Shown: piece after piece, positions 40,222 through 53,800 of the stretch | Position numbering within the stretch: position 1 is the stretch's first letter | How the letters are laid out: the number at the start of each line of letters is the position of its first letter | NCBI RefSeq assembly: GCF_002113885.1 | Contig: NW_018403786.1 | Location: forward strand, 1,497,858-1,561,857 | Source of the DNA: Mizuhopecten yessoensis | Taxonomy: Eukaryota | Reading direction: 5' to 3' | DNA: 64,000 nucleotides | Translations under genes and position numbers: made by a program | Notes under the pieces: generated by a model | What the model saw: the letters and a program-made list of their open reading frames with translations, nothing else | Told to the model about the DNA's origin: nothing | The model's database searches: none

Positions 40222-40819
40222 TTAGGGACAGGTAATCAACGGTAGTATGACTTCTGACAGGCATGGCATTGACAAAAAAAGCTACACCACAGCGTCAATA
40301 CTTTGAGACAAATAAAGTAGTTATTTCGACCTTACATCGAAAAAAAGGCCACGGAGTCCCTCCAACATAAAGAAACAAAAAAATGAGGAAACAAAGCAGA
40401 GGAGGCATTCAATAATATTTAAAATAGTGGCAAAACCGGAGGCTCTGGAACAATAAGTATTATATGCACCACATGTAGCGTCCTTCATGATATTTCCCGT
40501 CAGTTCTAGGAAGTGTGTCGTGACCCGCGAATCGATGAACTCTTTGAAATTGACCTGAAGGTTCATCGAGACACTCCATTTGCTTATAAAAGGCGTTTGT
40601 AAAGGCATATAATACAGGCTATTTCCGTGCAATATTGCCGTTCAATAAAAACGTACAATAAACATGCAAATGAGTATTGTCTCCGTGGGAATCAGGTCAT
40701 ATTCCTACGCACTACAACTTCTACGTTTGTAAACAAAATGGCTGACCGAGTTACAAGAGATACTGTTTGCATTGATAGCAGAGGCAGGGGTACTATGAAA
40801 GAATGGAATTAGTAACCTA

Positions 40820-41560
40820 GTTTGATAAATTAAATATTACATGAAAACGAGTGTAAGATTCACACAAAATTTAAAAGTTGCATGTTTAAATTCCACTTGA
40901 ACTTCTCCAACACACACACAATCAATGGCGAACACGTGTAACCGGTCAATTTCATCAGTGTTCTAGTTATATTTTCTGGCTCAATGACAGGCGGAAACCT
41001 CGAGGTTCACATTCACCAGCAACCCCCTCCAAAGAAACGTGCCCGTGTTATAGAGAGTGACAATCACTCCAAGTCCATGTAAACTTTTAAAAGGTGCAGA
41101 CTTCAATGTGTATTGTGATGACATTTACCTTGACAGTGTTCGCACCGTTGTGCCAAGTATGTGAAGCCACTGCTATTTTCGTAAAAACTAATCCGTTGAA
41201 TAGTTTTAGTATAAAAATAATTGTCAATGTTGTTATATTTTTTTTTAAAACATTGATTAATGAAAAGAAACCTTAATGATTGGTCATTTAAAATGTTCTC
41301 GGAAGGAACTTTCTGGAGCTATTTTTTTGTCGAGCAGCGAGCTCCAAACAAGAAAGATGCATGTAATGCGTCCTTTCGTCAGTCATCGGTATATAGAGTA
41401 GACGTGTTAAGAACAATTATGTAGGAGTAATTCTCTTTTTATATAATTAATAGAATCTAACACTTGTGTTCATAAAATATTGATTTTATTAAACTCGAAA
41501 TTAATAAACTCGTTCAATAAATTCAATATAACATGAACACCAGTGTCGGATCCTCAATAT
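40820..41560 (+). mobile_element. Possible Crypton/tyrosine-recombinase-type transposon remnant
   Basis: Peptide IFSGSMTGGNLEVHIHQQPPPKKRARVIESD resembles the C-terminal tails of invertebrate Crypton/DUF3504 proteins. Motif aactcgtt.aataaatt.aat also occurs at ~44478. Recognition from memory only. Confidence 0.35.
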
Positions 41561-42240
41561 AAGACACCACATTTGATCATAAAAGGCGTTTCTACAAGGT
41601 TTCATAAGACACTCCATTTGATCATAAAATGCGTTTCTATAAGGTTTCATAAAACACTCCATTTAATCATAAAAGGCGTTTCAATAAGGTTTCATAAGAC
41701 ACTCCATTTGAGCGTAAAATGCGTTTTATAAGGTTTCATAAGACACTCCATTTGATCATAAAAGGCGTTTCTATAAGGTTTCATAAAACTATCTATTTGA
41801 GCGTAAAGGGCGTTTTATAAGGTTTCATAAGACACTCCATTTGATCATAAAAGGCGTTTCTATAAGGTTTCATAAGACACTCCTTTTGATCATAAAAGGC
41901 GTTTCAATAAGGTTTCATAAGACACTCCATTTCTTCAAAAAATGCGTTTCTATAAGGTTTCATAAGACACTCCACACTCCATTTCATCATAAAATGCGTT
42001 TCTATAAGGTTTCATAAGACACTCCATTTAATCATAAAAAGCGTTTCTATAAGGTTTCATAAGACACTCCATTTGAGCGTAAAATGCGTTTTATAAGGTT
42101 TCATAAGACACTCCATTTGATCATAAAAGGCGTTTTTATAAGGTTTCATAAGACACTCCATATGAGCATAAAAGGCGTTTCTATAAGGTTTCATAAGACA
42201 CCCCATTTGATCATAAAAGCGTTTCTATAAGGTTTCATAA
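41560..42240. repeat. 45-bp minisatellite, ~15 copies (taagacactccatttgatcataaaaggcgtttctataaggtttca)
   Basis: Period 44-45. Confidence 0.96.
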
Positions 42241-43307
42241 ATAAATACAAAACCTATCCAATGTTATAGTTTGAAGTAGAGATACGATTGTTTGGCATTT
42301 GACATATTACCATTACCTTAACATTAAGGTGACGAACTAAAAGAATATTATGAGATACTCTCCACTTTAACGTCGACCATCCTATTATTCTTATTAATCT
42401 GAATTAATGCAATTGTTATTAAAAACATGACAAATAATAAAATACAAATTTGCATTCTGATTGCATAATTTCCATTCCCATTTATTGACAATAACCCCAT
42501 ACAAACACTGTAACCAAAGATGTACACTCATATGATTGTTGATCTCTCAAGTAGACGCGCACACCTGTTATTTGTAAATACACACTCGTTGAAAATTTAA
42601 TCTCTAATTTGATACACTTTTTTGATCGAAGATAACCAATACAAATTAACATTATTTCCTTACTATACGGTAACTTCATCTGTTTCCTATAAAGCATACA
42701 TTCTAGATTCATAGACCGCGTGCAGGTGCGTGCATAAATGCTTTATAGTATATTCATAGGTTGTCTGCTTATATGCTAAAACGTATTTTTATTCATTGTT
42801 AACCTATAATGTATGTGATAAAAAGTACATTCATTTCTTTTGTACATATATATATATTGTTATATAGTATATTCAATGTTTGTGAACACAACATTGTATT
42901 TTCATTGTGTAATATTATACATAGCATATTCATTGTGTCAATATGGTATTCTCATATATGGTGTACATGGTTGATATTTTAGTATCAATATTGGTTGTTT
43001 ACGTAAAATGATACATTGTGTATAGTATATTTGTACAATGTAATACATAGTATATGCATTGGTTATGTGCACTGCAAAGTATGTTCATTGGTTGTGTTAC
43101 ACAGTGTAAATTCAATAAACTAACAATGATTTCGTATGTTTGACGATATGGTACTATTGGCTATTTACTCTCGTAAATCATAAATGATCATCGGTCGCCT
43201 TACTACTGTAATGCATCCTTCTGTAAAAATCGTCATTTATTCCGTAAACTGAAGCCACTTGCATGGGTATGTAGCTTAGGTCGCATGACATCGCTACTAT
43301 CCGCACT

Positions 43308-44147
43308 TTAGGAATCCTTTTTGTAGCTCCCATTCACTTCCTTTTTAGCATCAATTCCTTCAACGAAATTAAAGTCAACCGGAACGAACATTTGTTGAGT
43401 CCTCCTGTAAAGCCAATATGGTGTCATAACCAAATGAAATAGCGCCAACTGACTGATTAAAATGAAAACCAAGTAGGGTGATAGCGTTGCCACCAATAGC
43501 TCGAATTTCTGATAGGCTTGGTAACACACAAAATATCCTACCATAGTCCGTATATGGAAGACGTGCACCAACAGGAACTGATTCACCTTCCATAACACAG
43601 TTTGTCCCTTACCGCACTTGAGGAGAATCCAGCAGATTCCAGAAAATGGTGCGCTAATAGATATAAAGAGGAAAGTTAAACCAAAATAATGTACGATGTC
43701 ATGATACGTGATCAAACAAAATCCAAACAAAGAGGCCCAGTGATGAACACTTAGCAAAGTACTGGTGTTCTTGTGCAGGTCAAATACAAGTAAAGCTCCA
43801 CATTCAAACAAGAAAAATCCCGTGCTCAACAACGCTGCGAAGCAGCTGGTGGAATTCGTAGAAATCCCTGGATGCTTTAAAAGTTCGGTGTCATAGAAAA
43901 GGGTCCATGCTCCAATTACAAAACAGAAAATCCCAAAGATCCCATGAACTACGTATATATTCCAGAATGCTTTTTTCTTTTGTGTGAGACTTCTATATGT
44001 CTTTGATAAAGTCGAGGAAATGGCACCAGACAGGATGAACAGGACACAGAAGAAAACTGAGGATAAACCAATGCATTTAAGTTTGGTGAAAGGATTTCGA
44101 TAATCCAACTCCACCAAGAAGGGGTGAATATGTTCCACCAAACCCAT
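43308..44147 (-). CDS. CLN8: CLN8-like TLC (TRAM/LAG1/CLN8) domain ER membrane protein, 279 aa, single coding exon
   Basis: Matches CLN8 signatures: YRSL...K.FW, VHH, PF....W.LLK, WKVNQ.L..H.FH.R, PYW...TQQ..PVDFNF. C-terminal KKDS is a KKXX ER-retrieval signal. Multiple TM segments. Confidence 0.92.
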   Translation of the reverse strand: MGLVEHIHPFLVELDYRNPFTKLKCIGLSSVFFCVLFILSGAISSTLSKTYRSLTQKKKAFWNIYVVHGIFGIFCFVIGAWTLFYDTELLKHPGISTNSTSCFAALLSTGFFLFECGALLVFDLHKNTSTLLSVHHWASLFGFCLITYHDIVHYFGLTFLFISISAPFSGICWILLKCGKGQTVLWKVNQFLLVHVFHIRTMVGYFVCYQAYQKFELLVATLSPYLVFILISQLALFHLVMTPYWLYRRTQQMFVPVDFNFVEGIDAKKEVNGSYKKDS

Positions 44148-45074
44148 TTCACTGACTCAAAGTTTTCGTATGCCTTATAGCCTAACGTGTACCACTGCAA
44201 AGTCCCGCAACATCAGTGAGAACGCGTTGCTTTGTATCTAGACACCCTAGGTAGTGCGACGGTAACGTTTGCAATCGTGTTTTATACTGAAGATCTATAA
44301 ACTGCAGACTTTTAAGTGGATTGAATGTTCGCTGCCAAGGCCCACAAGCAACGACTTGTTCTTATTGTCCCCACAAACATTATACATTTAATATCAGTGA
44401 CAGATAGTAGCTGTATGTAGTGGATCTTACATACGTGTCCATGAGCGCCTAAAGGCTCGTGTCATATCTAATTATTGAACTCGTTTAATAAATTAATTAC
44501 GATTTGGACACGAATGCAAGATCGTATTTACCACATAACGTTAACAGTTTGAAAACACTTCACATACATTTATTTATTTTCAGATGACTCAATAGAGGCC
44601 ATAATCAAAGTTTAGCATAATCATAGCATTGGCGTTCCATGCAGTGCATCGTAATTTCAGATTAAAAAAACCCAAAGAGTACGTTGTGTACGTGATACAC
44701 CAGTCCCCAACTTTGTCAAATAGAGCGACGCCTTCTATTTGATTTTGTGAATAAAAACCGTTTATGTGGAAACTGCCATTTTCTAAAAGTTGTTTGATAA
44801 ATGTATTAGAATTTCATGTTCTGAATGTAATACTGTACTCCCGCCCCATTCCCATTGAGGAAGAATCTGAAAGTAACTGCAAACTTGATTTTGGATAAAT
44901 GAAAGCATAAAGGTATAGTTCCTTCAAGTTGTTTAGTTCAGATTCATGCAAAGTACTATTTGAATGTACTGGATATTTATGAAGCAGACCTCCGTACAAA
45001 CTACCACATAATATAGAACTTAATCTTCAGACCCAAGAAGTTGACAAGAACAAAATTCACTCGAGTTCTTCCGT

Positions 45075-45179
45075 AGCTTGTCTGTCAGTCCTTCTTTTAA
45101 CCAGTAGATGTAAATTTTACAAACAACCCTTCTGTAAAATGTACATCTACTGGTTAATAGAAGGGCTGACAGACAAGCT
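45075..45179. repeat. Near-perfect 105-bp hairpin/palindromic MITE (47-bp arms)
   Basis: agcttgtctgtcagtccttcttttaaccagtagatgtaaattttaca / tgtaaaatgtacatctactggttaatagaagggctgacagacaagct. Confidence 0.85.
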
Positions 45180-46562
45180 TAATTTAGCACAGTTTCTAAT
45201 AACCTACCACGTTCGGCGTTGATCAGTTAGTAGTTACTAAAGAAATTGAGCGGATACCGTAAAGTTGACGGACAGATATAAATCAAAGTGACCCGATAAA
45301 ACAGGTATATTCAGTCCCCCCCCCCCCCCCAAATATTCAGTCGACGACCACCATCAAACCTAACTGTTTCCGATTATTTAAGTTAAAGCAATAAATAATG
45401 AAAGAACACTGATTTTATTAATTAATATTTTATTTCTCATGTAAAGGAGACTGTACAAATCACATTTGACACTAAAGATAATTGGCCCCAGTCAAGGTTA
45501 TAGGAATGATTCATGGAGTACTAAAAATCAAATAAATAAAAAAAATACATACAAAGAAGACGGATATGCTGTTTCCGCAATAATATCCATCCTTTAGGCT
45601 GTCACTGCGAATGCTCAAAAATATCAGCATATGTTCTCAAAAGACAATTTCTACGTCGGGAAACTGCACAGCAAATTCAGTAGAAGCGCTTTAAGTTGGT
45701 CAGTAAATATTATATTGTGGACATGTCACTATCTGTATTTGTAAATACGAAATAGATACTCTGTGCAGAAATATTTTCATTATTAGTACACTTAAACGAG
45801 TAACCTTTCCTTCAGATTAACATATTGTAGAAGTATACTAATAAAAGAACCTGGCTTCCTGAAGAAGGGCCCACAACTTCATTACATCATTGGTACTTCA
45901 TGTCTCCTTTCTTGAAATGCATATATAATTGTTAATTTGAGGTTTAAATCCTGCTTTGAGCGATATCATGGGGAGATAAATGAAGCTGAGCTTGAGGCAA
46001 AACAGTTGATGTCAGCTTATCACTCAATAAGATTGACCAAAGCACTATACAGTCCTCATAGTTCAATTAAACTCGTTAGGTAATATTAGGATCGTTTGTA
46101 AGCTTATAATTAGGCAATAGACATTTAGCTGACGCACATCTACGTGTACTCATGTCAAATCATCGTCCGTTATTGAATATCTGTTGTCGTGGATCATGTT
46201 AAAACAAATCATTCTTAATACAACACCTTTGTCACAAAAATACAGTAAAGGTGTTGCTTTAAAATATCAACTGTTGCGTCAGTACAATTCTGGCTAAACA
46301 TCGTGAAATAAGAAAAAAAAGGCACAGGGCATGTGGTCAATGCCATGGGCATTGGTTGTTCATCAAGTCCAACTTGAGAAGAAATTGAAATATTCATTGC
46401 TGTGGTACTTGACATAGGGTTGTGTTATAAATACAAAAAAGGTATAGCATCAGTTGACTTATAACATAATTGTATAAAGTTAACGTTACATAATGTAATA
46501 AACTCGACAGTTATCAAAATAAAATAGTAATCATGTCCCAGTCAAAATGGCTTTTACTATCT

Positions 46563-46727
46563 CACATCGGTCTAGGATAATATTAATCCACTCAACACAC
46601 ACATTGGCTGGGGAGCACACATCGGTCTAGGATAATATTAATCCACTCAACACACACATTGGCTGGGGAGCACACATCGGTCTAGGACAATATTAATCCA
46701 CTCAACACACACATTGGTTGGGGAGCA
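46563..46727. repeat. 55-bp tandem repeat x3
   Basis: cacatcggtctaggataatattaatccactcaacacacacattggctggggagca, three copies. Confidence 0.93.
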
Positions 46728-47898
46728 TCAATAACAACATCTTTAGATGTGGTATAACTATTTGGGCAACCAATATTCTTTCCTTCATGAATTATCAAAA
46801 TTGAACAGTGTTCGAGTAACCGAATTTTATCATGTATTTAAAGAAGACACAAAAAGGCTCCTCTGTTGCAATGAACCGCAATAATTTCATTGACCTCATA
46901 TCACACATTATCTCATGTTTGGTCAAATATGTGTTGGTTTTAATTTAAAACTGCTTTTATTGGTCTCGGCACCTTTTTAATGAATAAGAGAGTTCGGTGC
47001 GCCCCTCAAATAACGCACGAGGCCTCCTCCTATATCTTCTCGTTGAGCGTTCACGTCTTATCCTCTGTCCAATACAATACGTATTTTGAAAGTATTCAAT
47101 ACAGTGTCATTTATAAACTTTATATGAATCAAAATGATTACTTAGTCTCATTCTTTTGACAAGTACAGAGGCAAAAATCTGGATCTTTCTACAGCTCTAT
47201 TGGTAAACCTGTACTCTAAAATACATATAACGACTTCTCATTAAACGTTTAGTTAGCCAGCACACAATAAGACAGTCTAGGGGGAAAACGGAGGAAATCA
47301 CGACTAGATACGTCAATTATAATTTTTAGTATCATATTTATCAGATCAATCATTTCGATATTTTCGATACTTATTGCATTACTGATTACTTATTGAACAT
47401 ACTTCACTTTGTCATACTCCAACCATTGTATATTTCAGAAAAGAAGCCATTTGAATGATCAGATATAAGGAATGTCAACAATATGACAGGCAAAATACTG
47501 TTAAATAAATGTTATAATAGTGGATAATGGCAAAAAGCAACAGATTTCCTGCATATCAGTTTTATAACACTGGAAAAGGGAAACATAAAAATAATTGATA
47601 TATGCTCTATATGTTGCTCATATATATATATATTGCTCTAAATGTTCTGTAGCCAAAGTGCACTAGGTCCTGTATCATACATAATTCTAAAAGATGGTCG
47701 AAATGTTTACATAATAGCTATCGTTATCAATTCAAGTCCACACGTAGCGTCCTAACGTCACGTGACTGCCGAATGGTCCTTGGTTTTTAATATATTCTTG
47801 TGATGCCATCCTCGTCGTCGTCATGTTATAGGGTCGTGATGCCCAACCCCATCTTATCTTAGGCAATACATTATATCTGTGTAAAAGTTCCTTGGTGA

Positions 47899-50800
47899 TC
47901 ACGTGTTGGTCATGTTGGAGTCTATGATCGCCGGAAGATCATCATGCATGTCCTTTAGAAGCTCCGACATGCTGAAAAGCCATGGCAAGATATATTAAAC
48001 AAGCTGTACATAGAGATCAGTAAACTTTTGTCAAGGTTGGATTTCTAAATTTAAGATAAAGGTTATTATTGCCTCAGTTATAACCGCGAAGAAGAGTTCG
48101 ATGGAGATTTTTTTAGTTAGAGTATTCGCCCTTTCCAAATAGAAAATGAAGCAAACAATACGTTTTTATTCAAGCTTGGAGTAACTTCCCCTGTCACGTT
48201 ATGTATCTTTCTATGTTCAATTGGACTCTCATTTGGATGCTGTGTATTTACATTTTTTGTTTAGCAACATCAGTAAAGTATGAGCTTCAGCATATAGGAG
48301 TCTCGAGCTCGATCCCGTTACAGTTGTCCTATTTTCTTGATTATTTTTTCCCAAACAATCAAAATTTCCGAACAACAATTTTGTAAAATGCATGACTACA
48401 TGTCATCTTTATGGAACAGTTCTTTTAAGTACCGAAACAAATATTTCACAACAGTGAAAGATGCTATTACCTAAAACACTTGTAAATACCCATTACCTTA
48501 AATGCAAATTAAAAAAGAAACTAATATTATTGATCATGTAGGAAGCCGAGTGGTAGTGGTGTAAATTACAGGGAACACTCTCATTGGGGTTCCAAAGGGA
48601 AAATATATAATATCGTCATTGCTGAAACAGAAACGGTCGAAAGGATTTTGTAGTGAATTATACTTGACGTTAATTATGCTTATTTCTTGATTTTGCTTTT
48701 CATTTTTGATTCACTTATGATTTTAAAAAGTTATTTACATTTATTAAGGTACTCATTTAGCGTTCATGTCTTTTTTCGGATTTTGCACCAATACTTAAGT
48801 TCTAATGCACAAAGCAAAAGTTAGGTATGTTGTAATCACATTTACTTTATAATGTATATGACCGGCGATGTATGCGAGATGAAATCTCAAGACGACCTAC
48901 ACAAAGTCTGTGATCAATTAAAACTTGCCAGTGGCAAAATTAACACGTCACTAATGTATAACTTTGAAACGGAAATTAACGTTACATAACGTTCTATCGT
49001 AACATGTTCAATTAAACGACTGCAAAGTTGGCCACTCTCGACACGAAATATTGGCACCCACTAATTGTGGATAATTGATAAGACATGTACATCCATAACC
49101 TCAATGGATTTTATCCACTTTAAGAAACTAAACGTTTGGTGCATTTCGTTATCATTTCGCTGACATATCACATTGTATTTATAGTAAGCATACATCTGAC
49201 TGCTTATAAAACTACATTCAAAGTAGTTCAGACTGATATTGATAACTTATAAAGTTATGTTATTGTGTGCTTACCTCGTAATCTGTTCACGTGTCTGTTC
49301 TACCAGAGACTGATGCTCTGTTAATTCCTTCCCAAAACCATCAACACTAAAACACAAAGTATCTTTATTTTAACAAGAGATTCTACATATTCGACTCTAA
49401 ATTCAATAGACAGCAAGCATCATGACACGTTTTCATGAAACCGTTCCCATGCCCAAGCAAGGATTCTGTGCTCAAATCAGTTTTCTTGTAGCTTACTGAA
49501 ATCATGTCAAACTGTTAAAACACATACGTAAACATTAGAAATAGTATTCGGTTTTAAGTCTCCCCTAATTGTTTTCCAAATCATTGACAAAATAAGATTT
49601 GTATTGTCTTATAACCAGAAAAGGAAATGAGGTTCGAGCACAAATCCATGTTTAAGCACGAGAACGATTTCATTTATACCGGCCGAGGAATCATTGTTTT
49701 TCATATAAAGCTCCACCTTTTTGATATATATTTAAGATATTGTTTATGTTTGTAAATATGTTTATGCAACATGTTTGACATTGTTGTTATCCATGTCTGC
49801 CATGTTATTCGTCATTTAATAAAATGACATTTACTGGACATATTTTATTCTTTGTTGTTCTTGATGTATAGTTATCCAAAAAATTAGCTTCAGTCGTGAT
49901 GGAGATTTGTAGCATGAAGATAGTTGGATATATTAATAAACTACAATTCTAAATATGTAGCTGAAAACGGAACATATGTTTTGAAGATAACACAAACGCA
50001 TACTCACCCAAACTTCATGTCCTGTGCTAGTGATTTCCTGATCAGTGATGCGGGTTTCTGGGGAGCGGGTAATGTTTCAGGTACTCCCTATAATAAAAAA
50101 AAGGGTCTAAAGCTGTATTATACGCAAAGGGAAACATTATGGAATAACCTCCGATCAAATATGACAGTAACATTTACAACAAAGTATGTCAAGATAAATA
50201 TTTTGATATATTTTTGAGCGATATCACATTTTGTTTTTAACATTTGGTGTAAACTCACCTGTAGAATTTTCACAAGATCCCCAATCGACGACCGCAAATC
50301 TTCTAAATTTCCTCCAAGATCTTTGATACTCTTTGAAAATCCTGTGTAATGTCTGCAATTGTAAAAGTAAAACGCGCATATGCTCGTATATTTTTGTTAA
50401 ATTGTTATCCTGATACACTAATCTTGATTCTGTCTGTAAACACCTTGTACTAAATGCATTCTTGTCCTGTACTTTCCTTTCAACGTTGTTCGAGTCTATA
50501 TTTCATGTAACAAGTTATTTGACTCTGCTGGTGGACTATCACTCCCTGAGGTTGGCTTAAACTTATTCTGTCAACGTTTACATGAAATACCTGATAAGTA
50601 TTATTGTTCAGTGCTAGCGAAAGTTCGGATTTTTGTATTCACCTTTTCCTTCCCGCTGTATTCTATATGATTCAGAACACATGGATTTTTTCATATTAAT
50701 ATGTGACCTTTAGTACCATTGTATAGTCCTAAATGGACGAAAATGGCATTTGTGTAGATAACATTTATTTTGTTTGGCTTTCTGCATTTATTAACAAGCT

Positions 50801-53800
50801 TTAAACCAGATGCGCCTTTTCATAATTTGAATAACTGATATGCGAGAATGTAACATGCCTCCTATCATTTTTTGCTGAAAAACTTCAATCACACCGTTTA
50901 AATCATCTGCGGTTTCAAAACAAACCTGTGCCATACGATGAACTTCAGATGTGTTTCTGCTAGGCTTTGCCGACAGTCCTCAAATCCATGAAGAGCTTTC
51001 TTGTTGAGATCCTCCATAGCCTTCCTAGAAACAAAAACAAATGTCATAGTGTTAACAAATACAGATAGGAATTAAACACATCTTAGCCCTTTACACTAGT
51101 ACTATATAATCTCACACATCCTCTCCAGTATCCTCAAAGATCTCATCCGTATTTTATTTCTTCACATGAAGACAAAACTTGGGTTATCACACAGCAATCT
51201 TACCTGTCAAAAGCAAACAATTTCTGTTCGTGGTACGACAGTCTGTTCTTACATCTGTAATCCCTGAACTTTTGGAGACGCGCCTTGCTCAGTTCAACTA
51301 TTCGGTCTGCCTTTCCCTCCCTGACAGAATATGTAATATTTATACAGTTATTATCATTCATGCTATTCTAAAGGTAAACGGGAAAAATGTTTTAGGTTAA
51401 CGTGCTATTTTCTATTCCAGATTTAATTGATATCAATAATTGTTCTTCATGGTTTATAACAATACAATTGAATATGACTGTCTTCCATGTCATGTAAACT
51501 AAGTAATTGTACATATCAATAGAAACACAAGAGATTAAGGAAGATGTATATTAGCTGCTTGATGTAAATATGCGAATTTCAGTTATATATACTAATTCCA
51601 TATAACGCATGTGATCGCATTTTTTTTTTTATATTTGATGGTGTCTCCTGAAATGATACCCGGGGCTCATCATATGGGGGAACCGTTTTATATGCAATGA
51701 TCATTTTACACTTCGCAATACTAACCTGGGATTAAATATTTTAAATAATTTACATCAAAACGATTCAAAATAGTTGTAGACACTGTACTAAATGACAAAT
51801 TAAAGTTGTAGGTTCATCGGAAAGTAATTAACTTATGGGTAGTAGATTCTTTCAATTAAAAAATTGCAGAATATTTACATTGATCGGTAAACATCAAAAT
51901 GGTACTATGCAAACTGAAACGGCATCCCAACGTAAAATAACATCATGATATTGTGACGGTATTGGTTTTGAAAGTCGCATATTAATTTTGCCAACATTAC
52001 TGCCATTATAAAAGGAAAGATTAGATGTTATAATGGTTATTATACTGACCAGCGCTGGTTTTGTAGGACAGTGCTGTCGGAGATGTTCCAGGCCTCCTTA
52101 GCAGCGTCGTACTCATCACGGACATTCTTCAGCCTCTTACCACACGTCTGAAGCTTGTCTCGGATCTGAGGGAAGACGCACAGGTATTTAACTTATATAT
52201 TTCCGATTCCAATCAGGATAAACAGGTAATCACCATACTAAACTTACATATTTATTTCTATCACTACACACACGCAGCTAATTTGTTCATTTAAGCTTTC
52301 TTACCACTTTGACACCACTCATTGACGTTAACAGTGGATTCAACTGGTATAAATGAGAGCACTGCTTCAACAACGATACACTTTCTATGGAAAGTAAGAA
52401 TACCAGGTAGCTGTTGCCTCTTCATTTTCCATTTATCCAGCTCAACTGTTTGTCTTAACGACAAGTCAATTGATGATAGTGATGTTTCGCTTGTATGCCG
52501 TTCTGTTACTACTCGCTATGATCGATTTAATGCCGTTTTGTTTCTTGTCTACTCCAAAAGCCACAATGGTTTGTTGTCTTCTTGCCTTTGTTCCTCCACT
52601 TGACAACATAAGTGTTTTGTTTTGTTGCCGTTTTTTTACCTCCACTCGATCGAAATGGAAATTTACTGACCAATCAAGGGCATTACAGATTCGTTTACAT
52701 CAGCCGTTTTCATCGATCTTTACTTTTCAACACTGTCAACAGAGACGACTACCTCTAGACAATTTTAGTCATGAATTTCCCTTTCTGGGAAATAATAGTC
52801 CTGCTTCCCCAACACACGATGTTAACACGTCACAGTTGATTCGGTAATCAAGGCTTACTCCGATATCATGATTGTTCGTGATATATGTCGACTGCTGACA
52901 GGCAAACTTGCATTACCTAGTTTCAAGAGATACAGTTGATGAAAACTAAGGGCAAGTTATGATTTCTTTAGGAAACATGTATTTTTGTGTTTTATAAATG
53001 TCGATGTTTTTTTGTTTATTTTGTTATTTGGCGTACCTTGTTCTTTCGTTTTTTCTACCCCGGTTCCCACTGAAGTCGTGTGATTACTTGTATTTGACAT
53101 TGACTGATTTAGTTGATGCTAACCCTTCCAGATCATCTGGTCTTACTCTCCTTGTACTTTTTCCAGGGTTTCCCATGCTCATATTTTGCTTTATTTTATT
53201 TTTGCTACTTTGTTATTCTATAAATATTTTACATTTAGCAGTTGTCTGTTGTCGTCTAGAACAATATTTACATGATTTGTTTAACAGAGGTTCTGTCCAC
53301 ATAGGATCTTAGATGAATATAATGGTACAATGATTTGTATGTCTTTGATAGAGGTTGTTTTTGCCATGACTGTTTAATGATATATGCAGACAGTTTCATG
53401 AACGCACGACCCTTGCTAAATTGGACGCTTAGAAATATAATTATATTGTTTAAAATACAGTTTGTGGAATCAAACCTATTTTCAAACAGAAATAAATGAT
53501 GTCATTAAATCATTAATAATTAATAAATAATTATTTTTGTGTTTTATAAATGTCGATGTTTTTTTGTTTATTTTGTTATTTGGCGTACCTTGTTCTTTCG
53601 TTTTTTCTACCCCGGTTCCCACTGAAGTCGTGTGATTACTTGTATTTGACATTGACTGATTTAGTTGATGCTAACCCTTCCAGATCATCTGGTCTTACTC
53701 TCCTTGTACTTTTTCCAGGGTTTCCCATGCTCATATTTTGCTTTATTTTATTTTTGCTACTTTGTTATTCTAGCTTGCTTCATGTCTTCTTGACGTGAAT

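Noticed and set aside
52998-53798. Two identical hydrophobic ORF starts resembling membrane peptides
   Set aside because: T-rich intronic sequence duplicated locally, antisense to the kinase; no recognisable homology.
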